Source: Halorussus marinus
GTDB lineage: Archaea; Halobacteriota; Halobacteria; Halobacteriales; Haladaptataceae
DNA: 64,000 bases
Assembly: GCF_004765795.1 (NCBI RefSeq)
Contig: NZ_SBIV01000006.1
Coordinates: forward strand, 62,001-126,000
Direction: 5' to 3'
This document shows positions 51,086-60,755 of the stretch, in pieces (the stretch's first letter is position 1; the number at the start of each line of letters is the position of its first letter). Below the pieces are notes generated by a model. That model did no database searches. It was not told where the DNA came from and saw only the letters and a list, made by a program, of their open reading frames with translations. The translations under genes and the position numbers were made by a program.

Positions 51086-51499
51086 ATGAACGGAAGCGGC
51101 GAGATGACCCTGGCCTTCGAGCTCTCCGCGCTGAAGGAGCTGGCCGAGCCCGGGACGGTGTTCGAGGACGCCCGGCGGTGGAGCGAGTACGTCGGGGTCA
51201 TCTCCGAGCAACCCACCTACGTGGTGACCAACTTCACTCGGAAGAACCGCATCCGACAGGACTTCTTCTCGGGGCCGAAAGGCCGGGGCGAGAGCCTCGA
51301 CAGCGTCGGCGAGCAGTTCGACACCGACCGCCACGTCTTCGTCGGCGTCGACGACGAGGACCGCGCGCTCGCCGAGGAGTACGACTGGGAGTACCTCGAC
51401 GTGACCGAGGCCGCCGAGGCCGCCGAGTGGCGACTCGCCGACGACGCCGACGACGAGCCCGACGCGGCCGACGACGACCAGCGCGACGACTGGCCCTGA
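51086..51499 (+). CDS. Conserved haloarchaeal HAD-like protein (DUF7124-like)
   Basis: MTLAFELSAL, ARRWSEYVGV, DTDRHVFVG, AEAAEW. Confidence 0.82.
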   Translation: MNGSGEMTLAFELSALKELAEPGTVFEDARRWSEYVGVISEQPTYVVTNFTRKNRIRQDFFSGPKGRGESLDSVGEQFDTDRHVFVGVDDEDRALAEEYDWEYLDVTEAAEAAEWRLADDADDEPDAADDDQRDDWP

Positions 51500-51596
51500 G
51501 CCGGCGCCCCCGATTTCGCGGGCGTTCCCCGCCGGTTTCGCGGGCCGCCCGACCGCAGTCGCGGCGTTTAAACGCCCGAATCTCTAAGTGCGTCCC

Positions 51597-52130
51597 ATGG
51601 CAGAACCGCGCGTTCCGGGCGGCCGCGGGGCCGAACTCGATCTCCCCTGCGGCGAGTCGGTCCACGTTCACGACCTCGACATGGGCATGCGAGAGTACGA
51701 TTGTGCGTGCGGGGCGTCCCACGCGGTCGTCACCGACATCCACCCGCCGTCACGTTTCTTCCCCGAGTTCCTCGTCGACATCCTCAGAGAGACAATCGAG
51801 ACCGACGACGACATGGGAGAGTTCGGTACCACCCACCTCATGGGGATCGTCTTAGAGGAGTTCCCGGGCGAGGTCGCCACCGAGAACGTCGAGGAGGATC
51901 AGGACGTCGGCTACGCGCTGGTGTGGGTGTCCGACTTCGACTCGCGGCGCCTCCACGAGATCGTGGTCGAACTCGTGGTCGAACTGATGGAGCACGCGCT
52001 GAGCCACGCCGACAGCGACGAGGCGATGACCCAGTTCGAGGCCGACATGCTCGATTTCGACGTGACCGAGTTCGTCGACGAGTACCGCCGCGAGCGCGAC
52101 TTCTCGGGCCCCCACGACACCCCGGCCTGA
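51597..52130 (+). CDS. Conserved haloarchaeal protein (DUF5815-like), possible Zn site
   Basis: MAEPRVPG, LPCGE, CACGASH. Confidence 0.82.
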   Translation: MAEPRVPGGRGAELDLPCGESVHVHDLDMGMREYDCACGASHAVVTDIHPPSRFFPEFLVDILRETIETDDDMGEFGTTHLMGIVLEEFPGEVATENVEEDQDVGYALVWVSDFDSRRLHEIVVELVVELMEHALSHADSDEAMTQFEADMLDFDVTEFVDEYRRERDFSGPHDTPA

Positions 52131-52226
52131 CGCGGTCGGGCCGATCGATCGACACCTCGGCGCCGGGACCGCCGTCAGACGCCCGACTGACTGAACACTA
52201 AGTGCGATTCGACCGAACCTCGCGGT

Positions 52227-52466
52227 ATGGTCGAGCGCGCGAGAGAGTACGATCGGATCCGCGCCGTTCTCGCCGAGGCCGACCCGGACGAACCGCTGAC
52301 CGCCAACGAGATCCTCCAGTTGCTCGACGCCTCCGACGGGGCGTTCGACAGCCCCCACCGGGTCGCCACCGTGCTGGGACGGCGCGCCCGCGAGGGCGAG
52401 GTGACGGTCATCCGGTCGTCGCCGTACCGCTATCGGCTCGACCCCGCGTCGGGGTCTGGCTCGTAG
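52227..52466 (+). CDS. Small winged-helix-like protein
   Basis: PLTANEI...SPHRVATVLG...PYRY; TAAG about 27 nt upstream (leaderless start). Confidence 0.7.
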   Translation: MVERAREYDRIRAVLAEADPDEPLTANEILQLLDASDGAFDSPHRVATVLGRRAREGEVTVIRSSPYRYRLDPASGSGS

Positions 52467-53389
52467 GCGTCGCCGACACACAGCTCCAGGGCCTTCGGTC
52501 TGGTCCGGAGCGCGAGCGACTCGTAGTCGCGGATTTCGCCGTCGAAGCTGAAGCTGACCGGGCTGTCGCGCCTGACGGTCACGTCCAGTTCCGCGGCGAG
52601 CAGGCGAGTCACGTTGTCGGTCTCGTCGCCGAACAGCCGCTTGATAGCGGCCTCCTCGAGCAGTTCGACGGTCGGGACCTGCTCGACGATGGTCACGTCG
52701 AGCAGTCCGTCCTCGACGTCGGCCTGCGTCCGGCCCTCGTCGGGGAACCGCCGGGCGTTACCGACGAGGACGGCGACGGCCTCGCCGCCCCATGTCCGGT
52801 CGCTCTCGGACCCGGTCGCCTCGACCCCCAGCGGGAGGCCGTCGAACTCCCGGGCGGTTCGCAGGCCGCTGATGACGTAGGCGAGCATCCCGAACCGGGC
52901 CTTCATCTCGGCGGAGGCCGAGGCGCTGGCGTCGGCGGTCACACCCGCGATACAGGAGTTCAGGAAGATCCGGTCGTTGCCGGTCCCGAGGTCGATCCGC
53001 CGGCGCTCGCCGTGCTCGGCGACCTCGAAGGCGTGAGGCGCGTCCTCGACGCCGACGTTCTGGGCGAAATTGTTGCCGGTCCCGGTCGGGACCACCCCGA
53101 AGGTCGTCTCCTCAAGCGCGTCGGCGGCGTCGAGCCCGCGGACGGCTTCGTTGAGCGTCCCGTCGCCGCCCGCCGCGAGCAGGAGGTCGGCGCCGGCCGC
53201 GCCGGCGATCCGACCGAACGCGAGCCCCTCGCCCTCGGCCTGGGTCTCCAGTACCGTGTAGCCGTAACTGTCGGCGAGTTCGCGCACGCGCTCGCGGTGG
53301 TCGGCGTCCCCGCTCTCGGGGTTCAACACCACCACGCGGTCGAGCGGCTCGGTCCCTGCGGTCGCGGCGTCGTCCCCGTCCCCCGACAT
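52430..53389 (-). CDS. Diacylglycerol kinase family lipid kinase (YegS-like)
   Basis: LNPESG, GGDGTLNE, PTGTGNNFA, DGE. Confidence 0.92.
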   Translation of the reverse strand: MSGDGDDAATAGTEPLDRVVVLNPESGDADHRERVRELADSYGYTVLETQAEGEGLAFGRIAGAAGADLLLAAGGDGTLNEAVRGLDAADALEETTFGVVPTGTGNNFAQNVGVEDAPHAFEVAEHGERRRIDLGTGNDRIFLNSCIAGVTADASASASAEMKARFGMLAYVISGLRTAREFDGLPLGVEATGSESDRTWGGEAVAVLVGNARRFPDEGRTQADVEDGLLDVTIVEQVPTVELLEEAAIKRLFGDETDNVTRLLAAELDVTVRRDSPVSFSFDGEIRDYESLALRTRPKALELCVGDAYEPDPDAGSSR

Positions 53390-53442
53390 GTAGCCCCGTT
53401 CGGGGCAGAAAGACAAAGGTCTACCGGCGCGTCACCCAGTGC

Positions 53443-54177
53443 GTGCTCGCAGTCGACCTACACGCTCACACGCGGTTTTTCCACGGCCACGAGGACGCCG
53501 CGGCGGCCTTCGATCCGCTCGGCGTCCGCCTGCTCGCGGGCGTCGCGCGGGCCCGCGGGCTGGACGGCGTCGCGCTGACCAACCACGACTACTACCGCGA
53601 GTTCGACCTCGGGGGATCGGAGGCGTTCGCGACCACGATCCCGGGCGTCGAAGTCACGACCACCCACGGACACGTCCTCGTCGTCGGCCCGGACCCGCCG
53701 CGCCGGACCGCTCCCGGCGAGCTCACGCCCGAGGAGACCGTCGAACTGGCCCACGACCGGGGCTGTGTGGCCATCATCGCCCACCCGTACCGCAACAGCA
53801 CCGTCCGGAACGTCGAGGCCGACTTCGACGCCATCGAGGTCAACGGCAAGCATCCCCGGACCGAGGAGTGGGTCCGACGGCTGGCCGAGACCCACGACCT
53901 CCCGATCGTCGGGGGGAGCGACGCCCACTACCCCGTCGAGGTCGGCCGGGCGTACACGAAGCTCGACCTCGGGACGAGCGGCCGGCCAGGCGCCGCCGAG
54001 CTCACGCCCGAAGCGGTCGTCGACGCGATCCGGGACGGCCGGGTCGAGTCGCGGGTGAGCCGCGGGCCGATCAACCGAGGCGTCCGGTGGCTCTACCGGG
54101 AGATCCACGAGGACAAGGGGTACCTCCAGCGCCCCGAGTGGGCCGAGTCGCCGGGCGTGGGCGAACCGCCGAAGTAG
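53443..54177 (+). CDS. PHP-domain metallophosphoesterase
   Basis: DLHAHT, TNHD, GVEV, AHPY, GGSDAH. Confidence 0.9.
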   Translation: MLAVDLHAHTRFFHGHEDAAAAFDPLGVRLLAGVARARGLDGVALTNHDYYREFDLGGSEAFATTIPGVEVTTTHGHVLVVGPDPPRRTAPGELTPEETVELAHDRGCVAIIAHPYRNSTVRNVEADFDAIEVNGKHPRTEEWVRRLAETHDLPIVGGSDAHYPVEVGRAYTKLDLGTSGRPGAAELTPEAVVDAIRDGRVESRVSRGPINRGVRWLYREIHEDKGYLQRPEWAESPGVGEPPK

Positions 54178-54248
54178 CCCGGCGAGCGCCCTGTGTATTG
54201 GGGCGGCGCGTCGCCGGGCGATTCGGGGGCGGCGCGGCGCGCTGTCTC

Positions 54249-54662
54249 TCACCCCAGTTTTTCGTCGAGAATCAGTCGCGTCTTGGTGTTGACGACCTCC
54301 TCCAGTTCGCGGGCCTTCGTGATGAGTTGGTTCACGCTCTGGGTGTCGGCGGCGTCGACGACCAACACGATGTCCTCCTCGCCCGAGACCTGCCAGACGA
54401 AGTCGACCTGCTCCCAGTCGGCGACCCGCTCGCCGAGGTCGGCGGTGTTGACGTCGACCGCCACGTCGAGTTCGATCATCGCCTTCACGTTCCCGGTCCG
54501 GGTCGAGACGGTGAACCGTTCGATGACCCCCTCCTCGGTCAGCCGATCGACGCGGTTGCGCACCGTCCCCTCGGACGTCCCGACTTCGTCGGCGATCTCG
54601 GTGTAGGGCTTTCGGGCGTCTCGGCGCAGTATGGTCAGAATCTCGCGGTCCAGTTCGTCCAT
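54249..54662 (-). CDS. Lrp/AsnC transcriptional regulator divergent from carA
   Basis: MDELDREIL...DAR.PYTEIA...SEGTVRNRV. Confidence 0.93.
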   Translation of the reverse strand: MDELDREILTILRRDARKPYTEIADEVGTSEGTVRNRVDRLTEEGVIERFTVSTRTGNVKAMIELDVAVDVNTADLGERVADWEQVDFVWQVSGEEDIVLVVDAADTQSVNQLITKARELEEVVNTKTRLILDEKLG

Positions 54663-54696
54663 CGAGGTGCGAACGTAGACGGCGGGAACACTTGAC

Positions 54697-54715
54697 GATT
54701 ACGAAATTCGTAATC
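54697..54715. promoter_or_regulatory. Perfect palindromic operator between lrp and carA
   Basis: GATTACGAA-A-TTCGTAATC. Confidence 0.75.
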
Positions 54716-54764
54716 TCGCTACGAAAGCAAGGTTTATGACGCCGGGTTTCGTATGAATCTCGTA

Positions 54765-55823
54765 ATGCCGGACGCATACGTAGCGCTGGAGGGCGGCAGC
54801 GTCGTGGCGGCGCGCTGTCGCGCTCCGGGCACGTCCCACGGAGAACTGGTGTTCACGACAGCCTACACCGGGTACGAAGAGAGCCTGACCGATCCTTCCT
54901 ACGAGGAGCAGGTCCTGACGTTCTCGTACCCCCTGATCGGGAACTACGGCGTCCGATCCGAGCGGTTCGAGAGCGAGCGCGTCCACCCCCGCGCGGTCGT
55001 CGCTCGCGAACTCACCGAGGACGTGGCCGAGTGGCTCGCCGAGGAGGGCGTGCCCGCGGTCGATCGCCTCGACACCCGCGATCTGGTTGGCCAGATACGG
55101 GAGGGCGGCGCGATGAAGTGTGGCATCTCGGCCGGCCCCGACGCCTCCGAGCAGAAGGCCCGCGAGGCGCTCGCGGACTGTCCCGGGATGAGCGACCACA
55201 CCGACATCGGCGCGCAGGTCAGCGTCGCCGAGGCCCAGACTCGCGGCGACGGGTCGACCGACGTCGCGCTCGTCGACTGCGGCGCGAAGGGGAGCATCGC
55301 CCAGTCGCTGGTCGAGCGCGACGCCACGGTCCACGTCCTGCCGTACGACACCGCGCCCGGGGAGGTCGCCGACCTCGACCCCGACGTGCTGTTCATCTCG
55401 AACGGCCCCGGCGACCCGGCGAACTTCGAGGCCGCCCAGTCGCTGGTCGAGGAGTTCGCGGGCGAGATTCCGCTGGCTGGAATCTGTCTCGGCCAGCAGA
55501 TCATCGCTCGCGCGCTCGGCGGGTCGACCGAGAAGATGGACTTTGGCCACCGCGGCGTGAACCAGCCCGTTCGGGACCTCCGGACCGACCGGGTCGTGAT
55601 GACCACTCAGAACCACGGCTACACGGTCGCCGATCCCGGCGAGCTCGAAGTCACGCAGGTCAACGTCAACGACGACACGCCCGAGGGGCTCGAAAGCGAC
55701 GCCCTCGACGTGTTGACCCGCCAGTACCACCCCGAGGCCAACCCCGGCCCGAACGACTCGCTGGGCTTTTTCGACGACGTGCTGGAGCTGGCCGACTGTC
55801 GAACGCCCGTGGCCGCCGACTGA
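54765..55823 (+). CDS. carA: Carbamoyl-phosphate synthase small subunit
   Basis: TGYEESLTDPSY, SNGPGDP, GICLGQQ, QNHGY, QYHPEA. Confidence 0.97.
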   Translation: MPDAYVALEGGSVVAARCRAPGTSHGELVFTTAYTGYEESLTDPSYEEQVLTFSYPLIGNYGVRSERFESERVHPRAVVARELTEDVAEWLAEEGVPAVDRLDTRDLVGQIREGGAMKCGISAGPDASEQKAREALADCPGMSDHTDIGAQVSVAEAQTRGDGSTDVALVDCGAKGSIAQSLVERDATVHVLPYDTAPGEVADLDPDVLFISNGPGDPANFEAAQSLVEEFAGEIPLAGICLGQQIIARALGGSTEKMDFGHRGVNQPVRDLRTDRVVMTTQNHGYTVADPGELEVTQVNVNDDTPEGLESDALDVLTRQYHPEANPGPNDSLGFFDDVLELADCRTPVAAD

Positions 55824-55850
55824 TCCGGCTACCCCTTCTGTTCTCCCGAT

Positions 55851-56846
55851 CTATCGCTCGTCGACCAGCGGTAGGTCCGCCAGTTGGGCCTCGACCATCT
55901 CGCAGACGTCCGCGCTCCGGGTCGAGTGATCCCGCGCGAGCTCGCGGGCCTCGGCGAGTCCCGCCTCGTCGGCGACCGGGACCTGTCGGAGCGTCGTCCC
56001 TCCGGGACCGATCTCCGCGAGCACGTAGGCCTGCGGGAACGACGACAGCGGCGGGCAGATCAGCCCCCGGAAGTCGCCCGACATCGCCGCCGGGAGGTGG
56101 ACGTGTCCCGAGACGTGCAGCGCGTCGTGGCCCGCGAGCGCGTCGGCGAACGCGGTCGCGTCCCCGACCGGCGGGTGAGGCGCGTAGCCGTCGGCGCCCA
56201 CCCGCGCGTCCAGCCCCGGGAGGTTGTGGTGCGAGACGACGAGCGGGGCCTCGGCGTCGGCGAGTGCGCCGTCGAGCCACTCGCGCTGGCCGGCCGAGAT
56301 CTCGCCGTCGTGGGTCGCGTCGAGTTCGCCGTCAGGCGCCGTCGCACTGTCGAGTCCCAGCACGTCGACGCCGCCGAGCCGCGCCCGGAACGGGAGCCCG
56401 TCGGGCGTGAACCGGGCCTCGAACGAAGCCACGGGCGGCGTCTCGTGCTCGTCGAACGCCTTGGGAACGTCGTGGTTGCCCGGCACCGCGACGAACGGCG
56501 CGTCCAGCGCTCCGAGGAGGTCGGCGACTCGCTCGACGTCGTCCGGCCGGCCGTCCTCGGTGAGGTCGCCCGTGAGAACGACGCCGTCGACCCCGCGCGC
56601 GTCGGCGTCGGCCAGCGCGGCCCGGAGTCGGGCCTCTGTCCGGTGGAACGCTTTCCAAGTCCCCGTCTTCGCGGTCGAGACGTGCGGGTCCGAGACGACC
56701 GCCAGCGCCGTCTCGGTGTCGGCTCGCGGGCGGGCGAAGCGAGCGAGCGTTCGGGCGCCCGCGGACTCGCACGTCGTCGAGGTCTCGGCGCCGTCGGCGT
56801 TCGTCCCGTACTCCGTTTCGGGTCGCCCCCGGTCTTCGGTTCGCAT
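55851..56846 (-). CDS. Calcineurin-like metallophosphoesterase (CpdA-like)
   Basis: SDPH, TGDLT, PGNHD, SHH, SGHVH. Confidence 0.9.
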   Translation of the reverse strand: MRTEDRGRPETEYGTNADGAETSTTCESAGARTLARFARPRADTETALAVVSDPHVSTAKTGTWKAFHRTEARLRAALADADARGVDGVVLTGDLTEDGRPDDVERVADLLGALDAPFVAVPGNHDVPKAFDEHETPPVASFEARFTPDGLPFRARLGGVDVLGLDSATAPDGELDATHDGEISAGQREWLDGALADAEAPLVVSHHNLPGLDARVGADGYAPHPPVGDATAFADALAGHDALHVSGHVHLPAAMSGDFRGLICPPLSSFPQAYVLAEIGPGGTTLRQVPVADEAGLAEARELARDHSTRSADVCEMVEAQLADLPLVDER

Positions 56847-56870
56847 CTCGATCGGGACTACCGGGCAGAG

Positions 56871-56927
56871 AGATATAAGGATGACGCACATAATATATAT
56901 TCAATACCATATGATATATAGATAATA
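56871..56927 (-). promoter_or_regulatory. Extremely AT-rich promoter with phased ATATA repeats
   Basis: TATA box CTTATATC at 56879-56872; ATRATATATA at 56890-56899 and 56911-56920. Confidence 0.65.
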
Positions 56928-57038
56928 GCGCCCGAGAGCCGATGTCCGGCGACACCGACACCACCCGAGAGTCGCGGGCCGGCGACGCCCCCGGCGCAAG
57001 CAGAAACTACAAGGCGCCCGCGTGCGCCCTTTCGGCGA

Positions 57039-57932
57039 ATGCTCGACCGACTGCTCGGGCGCGCACGGCTCAAAGAGCGCATCGAGGAACTCGAAGAGGA
57101 AAAGCGCCACCTCGAACGCCGCGCGGAGGCCGAGGAGGAGCGCCGGGCGGAGGCCGCCACCGCGCGGCAGGCGGCCGAGGAGCGGGTCAACCGCCTCGAA
57201 GACCGCATCGCCGAGCTCGAAGACCGGGTCGAGCGCACCGAGAGCGACGCCCCCGATCTGGAGTTCCGCGGCGTCGAGACGGTGCGGGGCGACCGACTCG
57301 ACGAGGTCCTCTCGCGGCTCGAATCGGTCGAGACCGACCCGGAGGGCGCGCTGACCGCGATGGTCGGTGCGGGCGGCTCCCGCCCCGACGCGGTCGAGGA
57401 GGCCTTTGGCGATCGGGCCGCGCTGGTCGACCGGGCCCGGCCCTGTCTCGCGGTGGCCGACGACGCCGGCCTCGTGAGCGCGGCGCTCGCGCCCCCGGTC
57501 GCGCCCGCCCCGTTCGCCGAGTGGGACGCGGGCTTCCGACTCGAACGGAAGTGGTTCCTCCCGACCGGTCGGTTCGCGCTCGCGCTCGTGCGCTCGGATC
57601 TGTTCGCGGTCGGCACCTACCAGGGCCGCGAGCGGGTCGACTTCGAGGGGTTCGAGAGCGACGTGAAAGCCGACCACTCGAAGGGCGGCTTCTCGCAGGG
57701 CCGATTCGAGCGCCGCCGGGACGCCCAGATCGACGAGCACCTCGAACAGGCCGAGGCGGCGCTGGCGGCGGTCGACGCCGACCGCCTGTTCGTCGTGGGC
57801 GAGTCGACGCTCTTGGGGGAGTTCGACGACCGCGCGGACGCGACCGCGGCCGTGGACGCGACCGGCGACCCGGAGGCGGCGCTCGACGACGCGTTCGGCG
57901 CGTTCTGGACGACGCGGCTCTACCGGATCTGA
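57039..57932 (+). CDS. Vms1/ANKZF1-like release factor (aVLRF1)
   Basis: N-terminal coiled coil; catalytic loop VKADHSKGGFSQGRFERRR. Confidence 0.88.
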   Translation: MLDRLLGRARLKERIEELEEEKRHLERRAEAEEERRAEAATARQAAEERVNRLEDRIAELEDRVERTESDAPDLEFRGVETVRGDRLDEVLSRLESVETDPEGALTAMVGAGGSRPDAVEEAFGDRAALVDRARPCLAVADDAGLVSAALAPPVAPAPFAEWDAGFRLERKWFLPTGRFALALVRSDLFAVGTYQGRERVDFEGFESDVKADHSKGGFSQGRFERRRDAQIDEHLEQAEAALAAVDADRLFVVGESTLLGEFDDRADATAAVDATGDPEAALDDAFGAFWTTRLYRI

Positions 57933-57945
57933 GAGCCCCGCCGGC

Positions 57946-58758
57946 TCACGAGCCGCCGATAGAGAGCGGTTCGGCCGCCTCCCATCGGGGGGCGAACTCC
58001 TCGCGGACGTCCGCGGCGAACTCGGGGTCCTTGAGGTCGATCATCGCGAACGGCTCGCCCGGGTTCAGGGGGTTGACGACCTCGATACAGACCTCCACGC
58101 TGTCGATGAGGTTGAACGTCCCCCGGAGCCCGTCGACGGTGCGGACCGCGAACGTCGAGCGGTCGGCGAGGCGCTCGGTGTAGCGCCTGCCGACGCTCGG
58201 CGGGAGGGTGTCGACGAGATCCGGCGCCATCAACAGCGAGATCTCGACCCCCCGGTCGAGCGCGGCTTCGAGGTGTTCGGCCACCCGGTCGCCCACGCTC
58301 CCGAGGTCGAACTGGGCCGACGACCGCCCGACCACCATCACGATCCGGCGGTCCGCGGCGTCGAGGCGCTCGATCAGCAGGTCGACCGACTCCTCGGCGC
58401 CCACCGACGCGGTCCAGAACTGCTCTTCGAGGGGCTCGGCGGCCTCGAGCTCGTCGGTGAGGGTGTCGACGATCTCCTCGTACTGCTCGGCCTGCTCCTC
58501 TAACTCCGCGAGCTTGTCCTCCAGTAGTCGGTTGAGCGCGGTCTCGGGCTCGACCGCGACGTACTTTTTCGGGCGGCTCGCGCTCTGGGACCGCACCAGG
58601 CTGTGGGTTTCGAGGCTGGAGAGGACGTCGTAGATGCGTCCCATCGGGACGTCGCTCGCGCGTGACAACTCTTTTGCAGTTGTCGGCCCCGCGTCGAGAA
58701 GCGATCGGTAGGACCGAGATTCGTACTCGGAGAGGCCGAGGTCTCGTAGACTCGCCAT
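57946..58758 (-). CDS. TrmB family transcriptional regulator
   Basis: LGLSEYE...TAKELSRASDVPMGRIYDVL...RPKKY. Confidence 0.92.
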   Translation of the reverse strand: MASLRDLGLSEYESRSYRSLLDAGPTTAKELSRASDVPMGRIYDVLSSLETHSLVRSQSASRPKKYVAVEPETALNRLLEDKLAELEEQAEQYEEIVDTLTDELEAAEPLEEQFWTASVGAEESVDLLIERLDAADRRIVMVVGRSSAQFDLGSVGDRVAEHLEAALDRGVEISLLMAPDLVDTLPPSVGRRYTERLADRSTFAVRTVDGLRGTFNLIDSVEVCIEVVNPLNPGEPFAMIDLKDPEFAADVREEFAPRWEAAEPLSIGGS

Positions 58759-58815
58759 ACGCCTCGACATTACGCTCCCGACATATAAACTCCCGGCCCG
58801 TTTGTTGATCCGGGG

Positions 58816-60516
58816 CTACTGGGTCGCCTCGCCGACGAGTTGGCTCAGTTGCGCGGGGTCGCTCGCGGTCCCCGCTCGCTCGCCGTCGACGACGACGTGA
58901 GCGGTCCCGGCCTCGTACTCGCGGTCCCGGAGCTCTCCGACCGCCGGGATCACGACCTTCTCGTGGTCGGCGACCCGGAGCGCGGCCCGGTGGAGGTCCG
59001 ACCCCGCCGGGTCGGCGACCTCGATCACGAGCGGCTCTCGGCAGAGCCGGGCGGCCGCGGTCGCGTAGCTCGCGACCTGCACCCCGAAGCGGTCGGCCGC
59101 GCCCGCGAACGCCGCGACCGCTTCGGCGGCGGCCTCGCGGTAGCGGTCCTCGCCCGACAGGATCGCGAGGTCGATCAGCGCGTCCGCGAGTTCGGCGTTG
59201 CCGTCGAGCGGTCGGAGCGGTCGGTCGAGCAGTCCCGGCCCCGACCGGGGACCGTCGACGAACGCCCCGGTGTCCTCGTCCCGGAGCGCCTCGAGCGCGC
59301 GGTCGGCAACCTCGCGGGCGGCCCCGAGGGACGCCGCGTCGCCGGTCACCTGTCGGGCGGTCGTCAGCGCGCCGAGGAGGTGGGCGTGGTCGGCGAGCAG
59401 GTCGGTCTCGCCGGTCCGACCGTCGGCCCGAAAGTGGGTGATCGCGCCGTCCGCGACCAGTTCGTCGAGGACGTGATCGAGCGCGCGCTCGGCGTACGTC
59501 CGGGCGCGCTCGTCGTCGGTGTACGCGTGGAGGGTCAACAGCGCGTCGGCGGCCATCGCGTTCCAGTCCGCGAACGCGGTGGCGTCGACCGCCGGCGGGT
59601 CGGCGGCCTCGCGGTCGCTCGCCGGCCGGTCGTAGTAGCCCGGCTCGTCGGCCTCGCTCTCGGAGTCGTCCGGGGCGTCTGGCTCGTCGCCGGGCGCCTG
59701 ACTCCCGGCGAACGACTCGCCCGTCCAGAGCGTCGTCGTGAGGTACTCGACCGTCCGGTCGGCGGGCTCGCGGTACTCCGCCTCGCCGGTGTAGAGGTAC
59801 GCCTCGGCGAACGCCCGGACGAGCGCGGCGTTGGTCGACAGCAGTTTCTCGTGGTGGACGTCGGTCCAGTCTCGCCCCTCGGCGAACCGGAAGAACCCAC
59901 CGTCGTAGTCGTCGAAGAGGTGCTCGCGGACCGCCGTGAGGCTCGCCAGCGCCTGCTCGCGCTCGCGCTTCAGGGCGAACTCCGCGGTGCGGGCGAGCGG
60001 GAACTTCTCGCTGTCGCCCCACCCGCCGAACTGGTCGTCGAACTTCTCGCCGAGCTGGCCCGCGACCAGCCGCTCGATCTCCGGCGACAGCTCGCCGGCG
60101 GGCGGGTCCTCGCGCAGGCTTCGCGGGACCCGGGCGGCGTCCCGACCCTTGTGGGTCCAGAGGTCCCGGACGCGCTCGACGACCTGCCGCATGCCGTCGA
60201 CTCCGAGGTAGGTCGCGCCGGTCAGCGTCTCGCCCTCGGGGGTGAGAAACACGTTCGAGGGGAACCCGCCGACGTTGTACCGCTCGCGGACCCGCGGCTG
60301 GCGGTCGATGTCGACCCGAATCGGGACGAACGAATCGTTGACGTTGGCCGCGACCATGGGGTTGCTGTAGGCCTCCCGGTCCATCCGGTGACACCACGAA
60401 CACCACGTCGCAGACAGCGAGAGCAGGACGGGCTTGTCGGCCGCTCGGGCCTCCTCGAAGGCGTCGGCGCCCCACTCGCGCCACTCGACTTTGGTTCGCT
60501 CGGCGCTCTCGTTCAT
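58816..60516 (-). CDS. DUF255/YyaL-like protein: thioredoxin domain plus alpha-toroid
   Basis: WREWG, WCSWCHRMD (CxxC), GGFP, GGFFR, EKLL. Confidence 0.88.
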   Translation of the reverse strand: MNESAERTKVEWREWGADAFEEARAADKPVLLSLSATWCSWCHRMDREAYSNPMVAANVNDSFVPIRVDIDRQPRVRERYNVGGFPSNVFLTPEGETLTGATYLGVDGMRQVVERVRDLWTHKGRDAARVPRSLREDPPAGELSPEIERLVAGQLGEKFDDQFGGWGDSEKFPLARTAEFALKREREQALASLTAVREHLFDDYDGGFFRFAEGRDWTDVHHEKLLSTNAALVRAFAEAYLYTGEAEYREPADRTVEYLTTTLWTGESFAGSQAPGDEPDAPDDSESEADEPGYYDRPASDREAADPPAVDATAFADWNAMAADALLTLHAYTDDERARTYAERALDHVLDELVADGAITHFRADGRTGETDLLADHAHLLGALTTARQVTGDAASLGAAREVADRALEALRDEDTGAFVDGPRSGPGLLDRPLRPLDGNAELADALIDLAILSGEDRYREAAAEAVAAFAGAADRFGVQVASYATAAARLCREPLVIEVADPAGSDLHRAALRVADHEKVVIPAVGELRDREYEAGTAHVVVDGERAGTASDPAQLSQLVGEATQ

Positions 60517-60593
60517 CGGTACCCCACGGTTCGTGTCTGTCTGGGATGGGTCTTGCTATACTCGCGCGGCTCGGCGGGCGGTCGGACTCGGGG

Positions 60594-60755
60594 CAAGAGA
60601 GCAGAAGGACCGGCGCCCCGCGGCCGGTCGGGCCGCGAGGAGTCGAACGGGCGCGGTCCTCCTGCGAGTCGCGTTCGAGCGCCCTCCGCCGGACGGCATC
60701 ATCGGGCGACTCCGGCCGGTCACCTGCTCGGAGCCGGTTCGCAAAACGCCGTGCG
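60594..60755 (-). ncRNA. Candidate structured small RNA containing a canonical kink-turn
   Basis: TTTAAG at 60783-60778; K-turn at 60708-60680; long hairpin 60665-60601 with two G-U pairs on the minus strand; pyrimidine tract at the 3' end. Ends are estimated. Confidence 0.55.

Noticed and set aside
60640..60655. T-loop-like GTTCGACTC on the minus strand, suggesting a tRNA
   Set aside because: No 5-bp T-stem, D-arm, anticodon arm or acceptor stem
60594..60755. Identification of the structured RNA as SRP RNA, RNase P RNA, a hammerhead or a fluoride riboswitch
   Set aside because: I do not see their hallmark motifs (e.g. GAGGAAAGUCC, CUGANGA with GAAA, GGCGAUG...), and it is too short for SRP or RNase P RNA
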